Shown one piece after another: positions 44,182 through 56,234 of a DNA stretch of 60,000 bases. Position numbers and translations under genes: made by a program. The notes beneath the pieces are model-generated. The model ran no database searches. It saw nothing but the letters and a program-made list of their open reading frames with translations, and was not told where the DNA came from. Each line of letters opens with the position of its first letter. Within the stretch, counting starts at the first letter, position 1. Source of the DNA: Amphiscolops sp. MND2022 (lineage: Eukaryota); contig OZ076409.1 in assembly GCA_964187785.1 (NCBI GenBank), positions 86,368,001-86,428,000 of the forward strand, given 5' to 3'.

Positions 44182-45467
44182 TCAATTGCCGAATTGATAT
44201 GTGGGTATTCTTTGACTGACACTGGTCAGACAAGTGCCAGTAGGTGATGGCGGTCTTTCACTGAGCACTTCTTCGGGAGGCAAATCCAAGGGTGGCTGTG
44301 AATGGGAATCGGCGAAGTTACTCGCACTCTTCTCAAACCATTGATGCAGTTTATCTTGTGTTTGTTCACTCAAATTTTCCAAGTCACTTTGTAAAAGGGT
44401 GGCGGTGGCATTTTCATCTGTTTTCTGCTCAGCGTTTTCATCGTGCTTCACTCCGTCAGGAATTTTACCTGGAACAAAAACTATTTTAACAAGGGCATGC
44501 ACCGGACATCCATCAACGCAAATGGTTTTGGATCCATGCGTTGGGAGAACATACTTTCTCGGGATTCCATGCATGTTTTATTTGCCCAATCATGTTAGAT
44601 TTTTTCGCTCAAAAAATTCTAAAGCAAAAACAATGAAGCAAAAGGTACTCACGAAGAAATTCGTACAACGAGATATTTTCATTGTACTTTCTGATGGTGA
44701 CAGCAACAGCATACACTTGCATATTGTTGTGAAGGCAAACTTTTTCCTGGAACACGAACAAATTTAGAAAAATACACAATTTCAATTTACCTCAAGGAAT
44801 TTATTCTCCACTTCATACCCCGAGAATTACAGTTTTGGAATATTCTTAAAAGTTTTCAACAGATCCCAACAAATTGTGATTAGCGTTTCCAAAACTGCAG
44901 TGACTTTTCAGAAGATTTTGTTAACTTCAAAAGAACTCGGTAGTACAAATTATGCAAAACTAATGATTTTTCTCAGTACATTTGAAAAAAAAACATTCAA
45001 AACTTTCACTCGATCTCAGCCGAACTTTGCATCCCTCTATTGTCATTGAAGAAGTAAGCCTCAATACTTTCAACAAGAAATTTGAACGAGATGCATATGT
45101 TTGCACTAACTTTCACGTCAACTTTAAGAATAGGCGCTTTATTCATTATCCTCATGAAGCTTTTGACCATGTCTGGTGTCCATTCCACATATTCTGTCTT
45201 TTGATTGGTTAACGTTGCTGGAATTGCAGCTGCTGGTAAAAGATTGACACCTTCAGGGGCCTTGAAAATATTTTCCGGAGGAACAATTTCTGTGTTACCC
45301 CAGTCACAGAAATAGACCTCAAAGTTTCGTCCTGGATGTTTGCCTAGAACAAAAGCTCGGAACACTTTGTTGTAGTCGCGACTCCTGACAATGGCGAAGA
45401 AGGGGTAAGAAACATCTGTTAGATTGTATAAGCGTTCTCCTGCATTCAACGTCTGCTCCATTGTTTG
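44182..45467 (-). CDS. Tudor-domain protein, last three exons (45467-45111, 44746-44653, 44468-44182); 5' exons not found
   Basis: FAIVRSRDYNKVFRAFV...FEVYFCDWGNTEIVP..IFKAP....LPAAAIPATL...EWT matches an extended Tudor domain. In-phase GT-AG junctions. Confidence 0.75.
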
Positions 45468-46492
45468 CTGAACAAGAAAGCCCAAGAATGAACATGTGGA
45501 TAGCGTTTAAAGAAAAAGTTCGGAAGCCGGATGATTGAATACACAATAATACACTTCGAGAGAGAGGCTTAATTCTCGTAACAGCGATCCAAATAACCAA
45601 GAAAGCATCTTGATGTCCTACATATGCACAGGTACAGCATATAAGTCGGCGACAGCCCAAGTCAGCCCCCGCTCAAAGATCAAACAGTAAATTGTTATAA
45701 CTAAGCTATGTGAAATTATCGCGTAAATGATCAAAAACAATTCAAAGGAAGCCCCATGAGACTCGAAAACAGCTTTTTCTTAAACCTGAACAATCAAAAA
45801 ACCCAACTTTTAAAAAAATCAAAATTTTTCTTTCTGAAAGTCTCACAGTGCCGAAAAACTAAAACGAGACACCTTAAATTCCGAGCTAAAAACTTTTCAA
45901 AAAGGGGAAAAGGATACCATTTGGTCAATTGGATTTTTTTTCGAAAAAAGTCGCATAGTAACGAAAAAACCATAGGTCATTTCCGCAGGTATTGAGAAAC
46001 CTCTCATCAGCCCAAAGGACATAAAATTGCCAAATCAGTCACTCACAAGACTCGGAAAATGGGTCCAAGAACTTGCAGAGATCTTTCGTGCTTTGGGTTT
46101 CATCCCTAGAGCAATGGAGTTCCTGTTGGCGCCAGTCAATTGCAAGACGAGAAACTGAATTTTGAACGTGACTGATGAAACTTATAACTGAAAACACTTA
46201 GAAAATTTATCAAGATTTCAGTTGGAAAATTTACAAGTTTTACCAGAAATAGGGCATCCCAAAAACGGGCCCCTTTTTTTGAGAGGCACTTGTCCAATCA
46301 CCCTGAAACTCAGCATGTATAGACTAGAGGTCCTAACTCAACTTTTGACACGAAACACCCAACCCTGTATCTACCCTGGGTTCCGAGCAATTAACACCCA
46401 AAGTGACCTCATAAAAAGGGTCGGACCTCATGAAAAACCTTATTTTGATAGACAAATTATTATGTGATTTTCTCATTTGACCTTGAAGGAAA

Positions 46493-49400
46493 TGTAACTC
46501 TGTTGAAATTAAAGATATTTACATGGAGTAAACTTACTTCTAGCCCACCTAATTAATAATTATACCAAAACCACCACAGTTTGATTAGTTAGTCATTAAC
46601 TTCATTTTATGCTTTAAATGTCATTTATTTATACTTACTTACATTTGCTTATATTTACTGAAGAATTGTAAACGCTATGTATACCATTATTGGATACAGA
46701 TTTTCACGACTGAATAGCTATAGTCAAGTTGGGTCTCAGGACCGCGAGACTAAGTAACTTTCCACATCTGTTAAACGTTTCGCTAGAGTCAGAGCGAATA
46801 AGTAGCTACTCTCATAGGTGGAGAGTCGGAGCGCGTAAAGATACAGAGCGGGAAGTTTGTACCGGATCACATCGGATCCAACCAACTGCAAAGAGGGATC
46901 ACCATGAGAATCCCACGGGTCACATCGGACCCACCAGCCAAAAGATAACCCTTTGAAACAAGAAAACCAGGATTTGTTTAGTTACGGTACACAGTACTAA
47001 GCAACGGATCAGGGCGGCGTAAAGTTTGTCGAGCCTCAGCGCAGGATAAGGGCAAGCAGCCGTTACAATTGGTCCGCCGACCCTGACAACTCGTTGGCCC
47101 GCCGACCCGGACAACTCGTTGGTGGACGACCCGGACTAGAAGACGAGGACGAAGACGAATCGTTGGTGGACAACAGAAGATTGCCCAAGAAGAACAAGTG
47201 TCTGATTCTTGGAGTCTCTCATTTTGTGTCTCTGGGAGATTGGGCCACTGTGTCTGTGGGAGATAGGGCTCTTGTGTCTCTGGGAGATAGGGCTCTTGTG
47301 TCTCTAGGAGATTAGGCTATTGTGTCTCTGGAAGCTTGGGCTATTGTGACTTTGGGAACTAAATTCAATCGAGAACTGAAGAGATGGCAGAACCTAAACG
47401 ATTCGATATCAACAAAATTGAAAACTTCCTGAAGAACTCTGCTGACAAAGCCCAAACGTTGAGTTGTTGGAAAACAGCTGTCGAGCACGATAAGACTGTC
47501 GAAGAAATTGATAAAAACCAGGCTAGCATTGTTGACAAAAAACAATATAGCAGATTTACGGCAGAAAACGAACAGATGCCATAAACAGGAGAGATCGGCT
47601 CATTAAGGCAGTCGAAAATGCAATCAAAGTTAAGTACCAACCGCAGATACCCGAAAGGTTCTCAGCATTGAACAAAGCAATGCAGAGCCGATTGGTTGAG
47701 TTGCAGCAGCAAAACTCTAGCATTGGAAGGGTCAAAACACTGATGTCAGAATTGCAAGATGAAATTCATTTAGATCTTGAAGAAGAGAAACGTGCTATTG
47801 ATGAAATGAAGAAACGGTCTGACATCAAAACAAAAATTGAAGCTCTGCTGAAGTTAGGAGACGAGGCAGCCATTTTGCGAAGTCTTGAAGACGCTGAACA
47901 TAGATGAGGAGACACTCGTGCAAACTCGACAGAAGACAAATCCAGTAATAACGGTACTTCACAAAAGGAACCGCAACCGGACGATGAGCAAAAGGAACTC
48001 GATGGTCACAACGCGGATGACAGACAAAATCCAAGAAATGGGGCTAGGTCACAGCCAACAGAAAAACTGAGCATAAATTCGCAAGGTGACAAAACCAAAA
48101 GCAACAAAACTTCTGTGTTCTGGAAAACGTCAAGTATGAGACGAAACTTCGATCTGGAGCTAAAAGCTTTGAGAGAGCAAGAAGAACTGCAAGCCCGCCT
48201 AGAGAAACTGAGACGTGAAGCAAAAGAAATTGAGATAGCTGGCTTGCAAGAGGAGATGGCCCGCAAAACCAAAATAGCCGAAAAAGAAATAGAAAGAGCG
48301 AAAGTCTCGAGGAGTTGTGGGTCTAGCTTCCGAAATATCTCACCGGTCGGGACTCCAGATGACAATCTGATGAAAGTCTCAGGATGGATGGACAAGACAG
48401 AAGAAGCTGAAAACGTGGCATCGTCTACTAACGTGCCACCAGGTTACCAGCAAACGTCCGTCTCAGCACCAGTGATAGCGGTCAGAGCTGGTCTCAGCAC
48501 AGGTCAGATACTGGTCTCAGCACCAGTCTATAGCACGATCAACTCACGGAGGACAATACTCCGCGCAAGTGAGGGACTTGAAACCCTCAGTGCAACCGAC
48601 CATATCCACAGAAGCCGCTAAGCGAGGTATTGGAGTCGAAAGAACAAAGACTGTCATAGATGCTGGCAGTCAAAGAGCAACAGCACAGCCAGAAGTGAAA
48701 TTCGCCACATCGAAGCCGTCAATGACCCTTTTGGCAGGCCAAAGCTGGGTACCGTCTACGAATGGAGGCAACCTGAATAGTGCATTTTAAGTACCACCAT
48801 TCACGAACACGCAGAAGCAGTATTTGCCAAGGGCCAAACTTTGCCTCAAATGCAAGAGATGACTATTTCATCAAATCTAGCTTGCCGAAGCTAAAGTTGT
48901 CAGTTTTCCAGTGACCCCTTAGAGTGGCCAGAGGGGTCGCAACTATTTCAAGCAACTGTCCACGCAGCAAACATGGACGACAGTGTAAAGATGAATCACC
49001 TGAAAACCATGGTCACAGGCAAGGCCAAGGAAGCGATTGATGGCGTGGGATACAACGCTGAGATGTACAATGTGGCTTGGAACGTTCTAGTTCGAAAATT
49101 TGGAAAACCTCAAATAGTTGTGAATGCTCAACTTAAGAGAATTTATTCCTCTCCACCTATGAAACCTTATGATGGAGCCGCATTGATCAAGTTTGCGAGA
49201 ATAGTATCGAGTTGCGTGAATGTTCTGACACAGTTCAACTACGTGTAAGACCTAAACTCAGAGGGAGTTCTGGGCAGCGCCACAAGAACGCTAACACTGA
49301 ACATGAAAACGAAGTGGCTCACTTATGTCAAGCAAACGAACCTGTATCAACCTGGACTTGCTGTTTAGTGAGGGCTCAACGATATAGCAGAAGTGCAAGA

Positions 49401-52140
49401 TGAACTGCTCCTGTCTTCAAACCCGAATGCTGAACACGCGAAGTCGAGCTACAAGGAAAAGGCCAAAAGGCTCCACGTTTGCAACAGCAGCGACAAACAC
49501 AACAAATGACAATTCGAAGAACCAGAGAGAGTGTGTGTTGAAAGATTTCTGCAAACATCCAATATGGAAATGTGAGAAAATCAAGGAGATGAACGTTGAA
49601 GAAAGAGGACAAAAAAGCGAAAGATTTGAGACTGTGCTTCAAATGTTTGTCCGACGCACACCAGATGAGGAACTGCTCTGGTAGACTCTGCGATGTTTTT
49701 GGTTGCGGAAAACCTCATCACAGATTGCCACAGAGACCAGACAAGAACGTGGAACAAAAGAAAAATGTTGAAAATGTCGATGAGTCTCCAACCTGTCATC
49801 AACGAAAAGCAGCGGAGTTTCCAGTCGTTCCAGTAACGATAGGGAGTGGGTACAAAACACTGAAAACGTTCGCTTTGTGCGACTCTGGAGCAAGTCTGTC
49901 CTTTGTGGACGAGAGCTTGATGAAAGCTCTAAATCTGACGGGACAGCTAGTCGATCTGAATGTTGCAGGGATTCATGGAACGTGAGATATCAGTAGCAAA
50001 AGACTTCGAGTCAAGATTGGTGATCAAGACGGAAAAGTCAATGAAAACATCACTGCCTATGGTCAACGCGGGAAATCGAACGTACGACCTCCAGAAATTG
50101 AAGGAAACATACCCTCACCTGTCAGTTTTGAAATACTCTACCGTCATTTTGAAAGATGTCAAAGTCATATTGGGCCAAGATTGTTATCACCTGCACAGAG
50201 CAACAGAAAATAGAAAATGTGGAAACGCAAAGCCGTGGGCAGTGCGAACGAAGCTGGGATGGATGCTCAGTGGACCCTTGTGCCAACAAGAGACTGCAAA
50301 ATTTGCAACTGAAAACTTGGTTGCTGCAGAAGTGGACTTATTAGCGGATCAAGTGAAAACTTGGTGGAGCATGGAATCGTATGCTTCCAACTGCAGCGTA
50401 TCCGGAAGGTCCAAGGAGGATAACAAGGCCCTCGAAATGCTGAAAACAACCACGAAGTTCGACTAAGAGAGGTAGGAGGTCGGGCTACTTTGGAAAAATG
50501 CAAAGCCGCATTTGCCAAACAATTACAGTTCAGCAGTGAGTCAATTGAAGACTCTCGAGCGCCGATTGGATAAGGATGAGAACTTGAGACAACGCTACCA
50601 AGAGACTATTGATGTGGACGTGAAAAAGGGATTCGTGAAAATTCTGGATAAAACATCTTGAAAACTCTAAAACAGATCTTCAGTGGTACGTCCCGCATCT
50701 TCCTGTGCTGAACCCGGACAAAGTGACCCGAGTATGCAATGCTGCCTCAAAGTTCGGGGGTGTTTCACTTAATGATAACTTGATGGGCGATCCAGACCTT
50801 CTAGAATCGCTGACTTCAGATTCAGGGAGAAGCAAATTGGCTTGACAGCCGATGTTAAAGCGATGTTTCTCCAAGTGCTCAGATTTCTGTGGAGAGAAAA
50901 CAACACTGAACCTATCTCTGTTTATGAATATGGAAGACACATTTTCGGAGCTAACAGTTCGCCAACATGTGTGAACTATGCTTTGCAACAAGTCGGACGA
51001 GACTGTAGACATGACAATGGGATGGTCGCAAACTTGATAAACAAACATTTCTACATGGACGATTTTGTGAAGCCAGTAGCTTCAGAGGAGGAAGCCGTTG
51101 GAGTGTGCAAAAGCTTGCGAAAGTCCTTAGCCGATGGTGGATGCCAACTAACGAAATGGATTTGCAACTCCGAGAAAGTAATAGAAGAAATATCTCCTAA
51201 AGACAGATCAGGCGCGCTGAGTAAGACATTCGAAGCTGGACCCTTGGCACCCTCAGTGGGACTCCAGTGGAATGTAAAGTCGGACAGTCTAAAGATCTGC
51301 CGCGGTATGGGAAAGGAAGTGCCTGCCAAGGTCACTCAGCGAGTAGTTTTATCCCAAGTATCCCCTGTGTTTGACCCGTTGGGATTGTTTTCCCCCTTCA
51401 GTGAGGATGAGATTGTTGCTCAAAGGAATTTGGAAAAAGCATGGGCAATCGTGGCACGAACAAGTATCTTCAGAGGGCGAGATAGCTTTCAGAGATTGGG
51501 CATCGGAGTTGAGTCACATAAATGAGATGGCTCTCAAACGGAACTATTTATCGGAAAATGCTGAAGTAGTGGACTTGCATGTTTTCTCTGATGCATCCTT
51601 GGACGCTATGTGCATGGTACCGTACTTTACAGATCAACAAACTGGAGAGCTTGCCTATGTAGTAGGAAAATGCCGAGTAGCGCCAATGAAGCAACAATCA
51701 ATTCCCCGACTAGAGCTACAAGCAGCTATATATGGGACTCGATTAAAACGACTGATCGTAGACGAACACAACGTTGAAATTGAACGAACTTTCTTTTGGA
51801 CGGTTTCGACAACTGTTTCAAAATGGTTGCATGGAGCTGGCAAGAAACAACCGGTGTTTGTAGCAAACAGAGTCGCTGAAATCCTTGGCAGCTCAACCAT
51901 TGATCAATGGAGACAACATGTCGAAGGAACCTCAAATCCTGCCGACATTGGAACAAGAGGAAAAGTCTTGAGCCGGAAAGGAGCGAATGGTTCACAGGGC
52001 CGGCATGGCTTCGAGAGAAAGATGCTTGGCCACAAACTTCACCACAGTGGTTTCAACAAAAAACAGAAGACATTGAACAAGTCTTTGAAGTCGTGTCCGA
52101 AAAAAAGGTTATAGATTGGGAGAATGTTTTTTCAGAAGAA
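46493..52140 (+). mobile_element. BEL/Pao LTR retrotransposon A, decayed and 3'-truncated (5' LTR 46493-47067)
   Basis: LTR TGTAAC...GTTACA, PBS TGGTCCGCCGACCC at 47070, Gag (KMNHLKTMVTGKAK, LCFKCLSDAH), protease ALCDSGAS, RT FYMDDF, RNase H HVFSDAS / IPRLELQAA / NPADIGTRG. Many stops; no integrase. Confidence 0.92.
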
Positions 52141-53226
52141 TGACACGAATCTTCGCCTAATCTATGTGCTTTTCGCCTTGACGCCTTGTTTCGGGATCCA
52201 ATTTCTTTGTAATGCTAAAAATCCTTACAGGATCCAACTCATTAAGCTTCAGTCCCAGTGTGGAGCCATAGAAAATTCCAGAAAGCAGGCCGTCAGTTCA
52301 TTCAATTGTTCCGTTGATTCCTGACGAATCACAGGAAATACCATGATTGCTTTCAAACGTGCGTGCTTAATCAAACGCGTATCAGCGATCCTTGAGAAGC
52401 TTCATTGCAACAGTAGTTGAGTCCACTTGTTGCTAAATGAACCAAAAGTTTAGCGGCCTCACCCGTCACTGACAATTTTAAGTAATGTTGCTTCTGAATA
52501 TCTTGCAAGGAGCTGTTGCAGTCCACTGTTCCGGTGGACAGATCAATAAACGGCGTCCACTCTTCGTATTTGCCATCAAAGATAGGAAGCTTCAATTGAG
52601 GTAATTTAAGTCGTTGCTTGACGCGAATTGATATTGGTGACTACGTTCACTTGACGAATCACTACTGAGCTGTTGAGCACTTCCTTGAGTCGTGCACTAG
52701 TGTTCACGCTCGATTGCTTTTGTAATCAGCGCAATTGGGGGATATCTCATTGTCAAAATCGTCCACTTCGTTCATCTCAGCCTCGAATATCTCACTTGCA
52801 TTTAATGCAGCCTTGAGATGGACAATTTCGTTAAACGTAAGCGCTGACATATCCCATTCCAGAATGTCTTGACTGGAATTGCAGGATTTAGTAACAAATC
52901 CGACGTAACTATCTAGATCTTCTTTGCTTTTGCAATTATATATCCTTGTCTTCTGCCATTGTCCCGGGTCGGGCACCGAAATATGTTGAGGTATAAATGC
53001 TTGAAAGCAGGAAAAAAAGGCTTTCACTTTTCTTCTAAATGATTGTTTTGGGACCAAAAACAGCAACAGAAACACTAGTCAATCTTGATGAAACTTTAAA
53101 AAATGAATCACAAACATGAACAACAGTTGAAAGTTTCGTCAGTGAAACGTGCTCAGATTCGATTCGCTCACGTTGAATTGAATGCATTCAGAAAGCGTAT
53201 TGGAAATTTCATTTACAGCATCAACA
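52141..53226 (-). mobile_element. BEL/Pao LTR retrotransposon B, 5' fragment (LTR 52984-53226 plus the start of gag)
   Basis: TGTTG...CAACA LTR, PBS-like TCGGTGCCCGACCCGGGA, then ATGGCAGAAGAC. DUF1759-type KLPIFDGKYEEW...HYLKLSVTGEAAKL. Confidence 0.75.
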
Positions 53227-53816
53227 ATTCTGTGGAAAAAAATTCATATTGTTTTCGAAACGTTTCAAAAACTGCTTTGTCGATAGAAAACAGAAAAATC
53301 CCATATCGTTCTTTCCTGTAGATGACCAAAAAGCGGTAATTGGTCTTTCCTCTATGTTTGCAGGCACAAAAAATGGTTTAGTTCGCTCGTTCTCTGGATA
53401 CTCAGGTCTGCAAATTGAGTTAACCGCTACGCCAAAAGCCATATAAAATTCATATAAAAAGGGACGCTTCAATGTGACTGACAAAAAACCTGTCCATTGT
53501 AAGAGTCTTCCACTTTTTATTATTACAATTTGTAATTTACAAAGCGCCGATTAAAAAATAAGTAACTACTGAAACGATTTGTATGCGAGATATGAAGTAT
53601 TTAAAATGGGCTAAAAATAACTCAGCGACAGAAAGTTCTTTTCAGTAGTTTGTCGATATTTAGCGAGTAAAACAATTGCTATATCTTGAACGAAAGATCT
53701 TAGTTTAGCACGAGAAGTTTTCCATCCTTTTTACCCCCGGTTTCTGTCAAAAGCTACTTAACCTAGCGCTGTACCAATTTTTAAATGCTCAGAAATATAA
53801 GGCACTGTAAATTACA

Positions 53817-54660
53817 CAGTATGACTTCGCGTTATATCACAATTTGATTGATATCACAATGCATTTCTGCACCGGCAATGCTCAATGTTATAACATTGCT
53901 TTCAGATCGCCTATTGTCACTTGATTTAATTTCACAATTCGCGTATAGTCACTTTTTTAAGTGACACCGACAAATATTCGTTTGCATATTCTCACATGAA
54001 TTAATTGTTTAACAATTAATTGTAAACATATGAGTCGCTTAGATAAGGTCTGAAACGTTTTACTACTTACTACGTTGCAGATAAGTGAAGCCAACCGCCC
54101 GCAATCGCAAAGATTTGACTTTCGCACAGAAATTCGAAACCATCAAGCGTATAGAAACAGGGGGAAAACAACAAGAGGTGGCATTGTCTTTCGGGATAGA
54201 TTGATCCACCGTTTCGAAAATTTTTAAAAAATGAAAAACGAATGAAACTGCGACAACTGATACAGCAGTTAAAAGAAGCAAGACTTTCAATTTTGAGAAT
54301 GTGGAAAGACAGCTTTATCAATGCTTTTGTCGTGTATCTGGAATTTCTGGTCTGTCAGGAAATCTCACTGGCAAAGGCAAAATTCTTGGCTACGAATTTG
54401 GGATTTTCTGAAGAAGAGCAAACATCCATCAATTGGGTAAATCGTTTCAAACAAAGGCGTTGGATCAAATCAAAGCGTTTATATGGAGAAGGGACAACGG
54501 CTAATTTCGAGGCTATCGATAACTGGAAAGAAACCATCCTAACGACAATAAGGGAACAGTTCTCTGAAGAAAACATTCAATCTTGATGAAACGACTGTTC
54601 TGGAAACTATAAATTCGGTTTTATCGAACCCTCAAATGTCGCGGACGAACCCCTCAAGAT
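53817..54660 (+). mobile_element. Tigger/pogo transposon remnant (CENP-B-like HTH domains)
   Basis: CAGTA start; KQQEVALSFGID*STVSKI; KAKFLATNLG...SINWVNRFKQR..IKSKRLYGEG; DET motif. Confidence 0.75.
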
Positions 54661-55013
54661 TTCGATGTTTTCATAGTTGAGGGAACAAATGTGACAAGCG
54701 GTACTGGTCTTACCGATGAACAGTTCACGAAATATATTGATGTTGTTAGTGCTTAGATTAACTAACGGAATCCTTTTGTTCTTTTACACTGCAAACTGTT
54801 TCGTGATTGTTTTGTACATAATTGTAATTCAGTTATTTGAATGAAAACTTGTTTTGTAACAGAGCTTCATTCGAGACGATAACTGATTATAGCGGTAAAT
54901 GTCACAAAGTGTGATCAAAACATGAAATCATTCAACAACATCAGCTTCAAGTCATACTAATATTTCATGGCTCTTTATCATTGGTTTATCTTGAATAATC
55001 TTGAATAAAATAC

Positions 55014-56048
55014 ATGTCGAAACTTAGAAATTTCAGGTTTTGTCCCAAACCTACTCCGCGCCTTGAACTTGCTTCAATAAATATTGAGTTTCTAGATTCA
55101 AAAACGGATGATGATTTATATGCCATTATCAAAGCCTGGCTTGAGGGTCGAGGATATCCGCTGTCGATGAAAGGTAATAAAGGCAAGAAAGCCAACTTTA
55201 GAAGATTGTACAGTAAATTTAGCATAGTTGATGACAAATTGTATGTTGGAAGTAAAGAAGTTCTGAGACAGTCGACAATGAAACAACCGATTGAATCTAT
55301 TCATGGCAGATTTAATAAAAAACAGCATTTTGTAGGCTTTAGAAGACTGGATACCCAATTGAAGCAGAAGTACCACTATGTAGGGTTCAAACGTAACATC
55401 CAGCCATTTTGCGAAAGAAACTGTATTCAATGTCAACTTTCCAGAGGAATCGTTTGGTTTAGGGTCAAAATAGCAAAATTCAAATCCCCAACTCTAGAAA
55501 TGTCAAGCACGCTTTGTGACAGATCTAGCTGCTACCGCGGTAGTGACCTCGCAGGGGCGAATTTGCCATACGTCGTCGAAGGGCATGTAAAACGTGGTAT
55601 AATGCCCAATGTACAAGAGATATGCAATTTCAGAAGTCCAGCAACCGTTGAAGCCATTGAAGGTGACGGAAATTGTCTGTTCAGAGCACTTCTCAGAGGA
55701 ATTGGCGCAGTATCGACTGATCACCAAAAGTTAAGAGCAAGAGTCTTCAATCACATGGAAAAGACTGATGTAATTGAAAAATTAAAAATAATTTACAAAG
55801 AAAGCTTCAATGAGTGCTTGCGACATAGATCAACAGAAAAGAGCAATGACAGTAATGTATGTGCCATCGTTATCCATGCTGCCGCTTCTTTGTTAGGCAT
55901 TGATGTGCTCGTACATTGGAAGGCTGAAGACGGTCGTTTGGAGTGGTTCCTTTGCCTTGCCTCGCTTGTAAAGAATATCTGGGCTGACTATCAAATAGCA
56001 CTCAGATTCATCAACGACCATGTTGACCTCGTTTTAAGCTTTACATAG
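55014..56048 (+). CDS. Ginger1-like ORF: YPYY motif, H2C2 integrase zinc finger and OTU protease domain, with no DDE core
   Basis: WLEGRGYP..KKANFRR..FSIVDDKLY; IH..H.VG....CERNCIQCQ; IEGDGNCLFRAL...HAAASLLGID...DHVDLV. TGTAACA at 56196-56202 may be a terminus. Confidence 0.7.
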   Translation: MSKLRNFRFCPKPTPRLELASINIEFLDSKTDDDLYAIIKAWLEGRGYPLSMKGNKGKKANFRRLYSKFSIVDDKLYVGSKEVLRQSTMKQPIESIHGRFNKKQHFVGFRRLDTQLKQKYHYVGFKRNIQPFCERNCIQCQLSRGIVWFRVKIAKFKSPTLEMSSTLCDRSSCYRGSDLAGANLPYVVEGHVKRGIMPNVQEICNFRSPATVEAIEGDGNCLFRALLRGIGAVSTDHQKLRARVFNHMEKTDVIEKLKIIYKESFNECLRHRSTEKSNDSNVCAIVIHAAASLLGIDVLVHWKAEDGRLEWFLCLASLVKNIWADYQIALRFINDHVDLVLSFT

Positions 56049-56234
56049 GTCAGTAAAAATTTAAAATCTTGTTATTTTGTGTAAGGGAGTAATTTTATGT
56101 AGGGGAGTAATTTTGTGTAGACGAAGACTAAACAAATAAATCATCAAACTTTTCCGACCGAATAGGGGGGGTTAAAAGTGGTTAAGCATAAAATCTGTAA
56201 CACAAGCTGTCAAATAATTTCAAACCCAAAGTAA

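Noticed and set aside
47225..47355. 21-bp tandem repeats (TGTGTCTCTGGGAGATAGGGC)
   Set aside because: Ordinary repeats in the 5' UTR of BEL element A.
52704..53484. Minus-strand ORFs as candidate upstream exons of the Tudor gene
   Set aside because: They overlap the LTR/PBS/gag start of BEL element B and adjacent repeat sequence.
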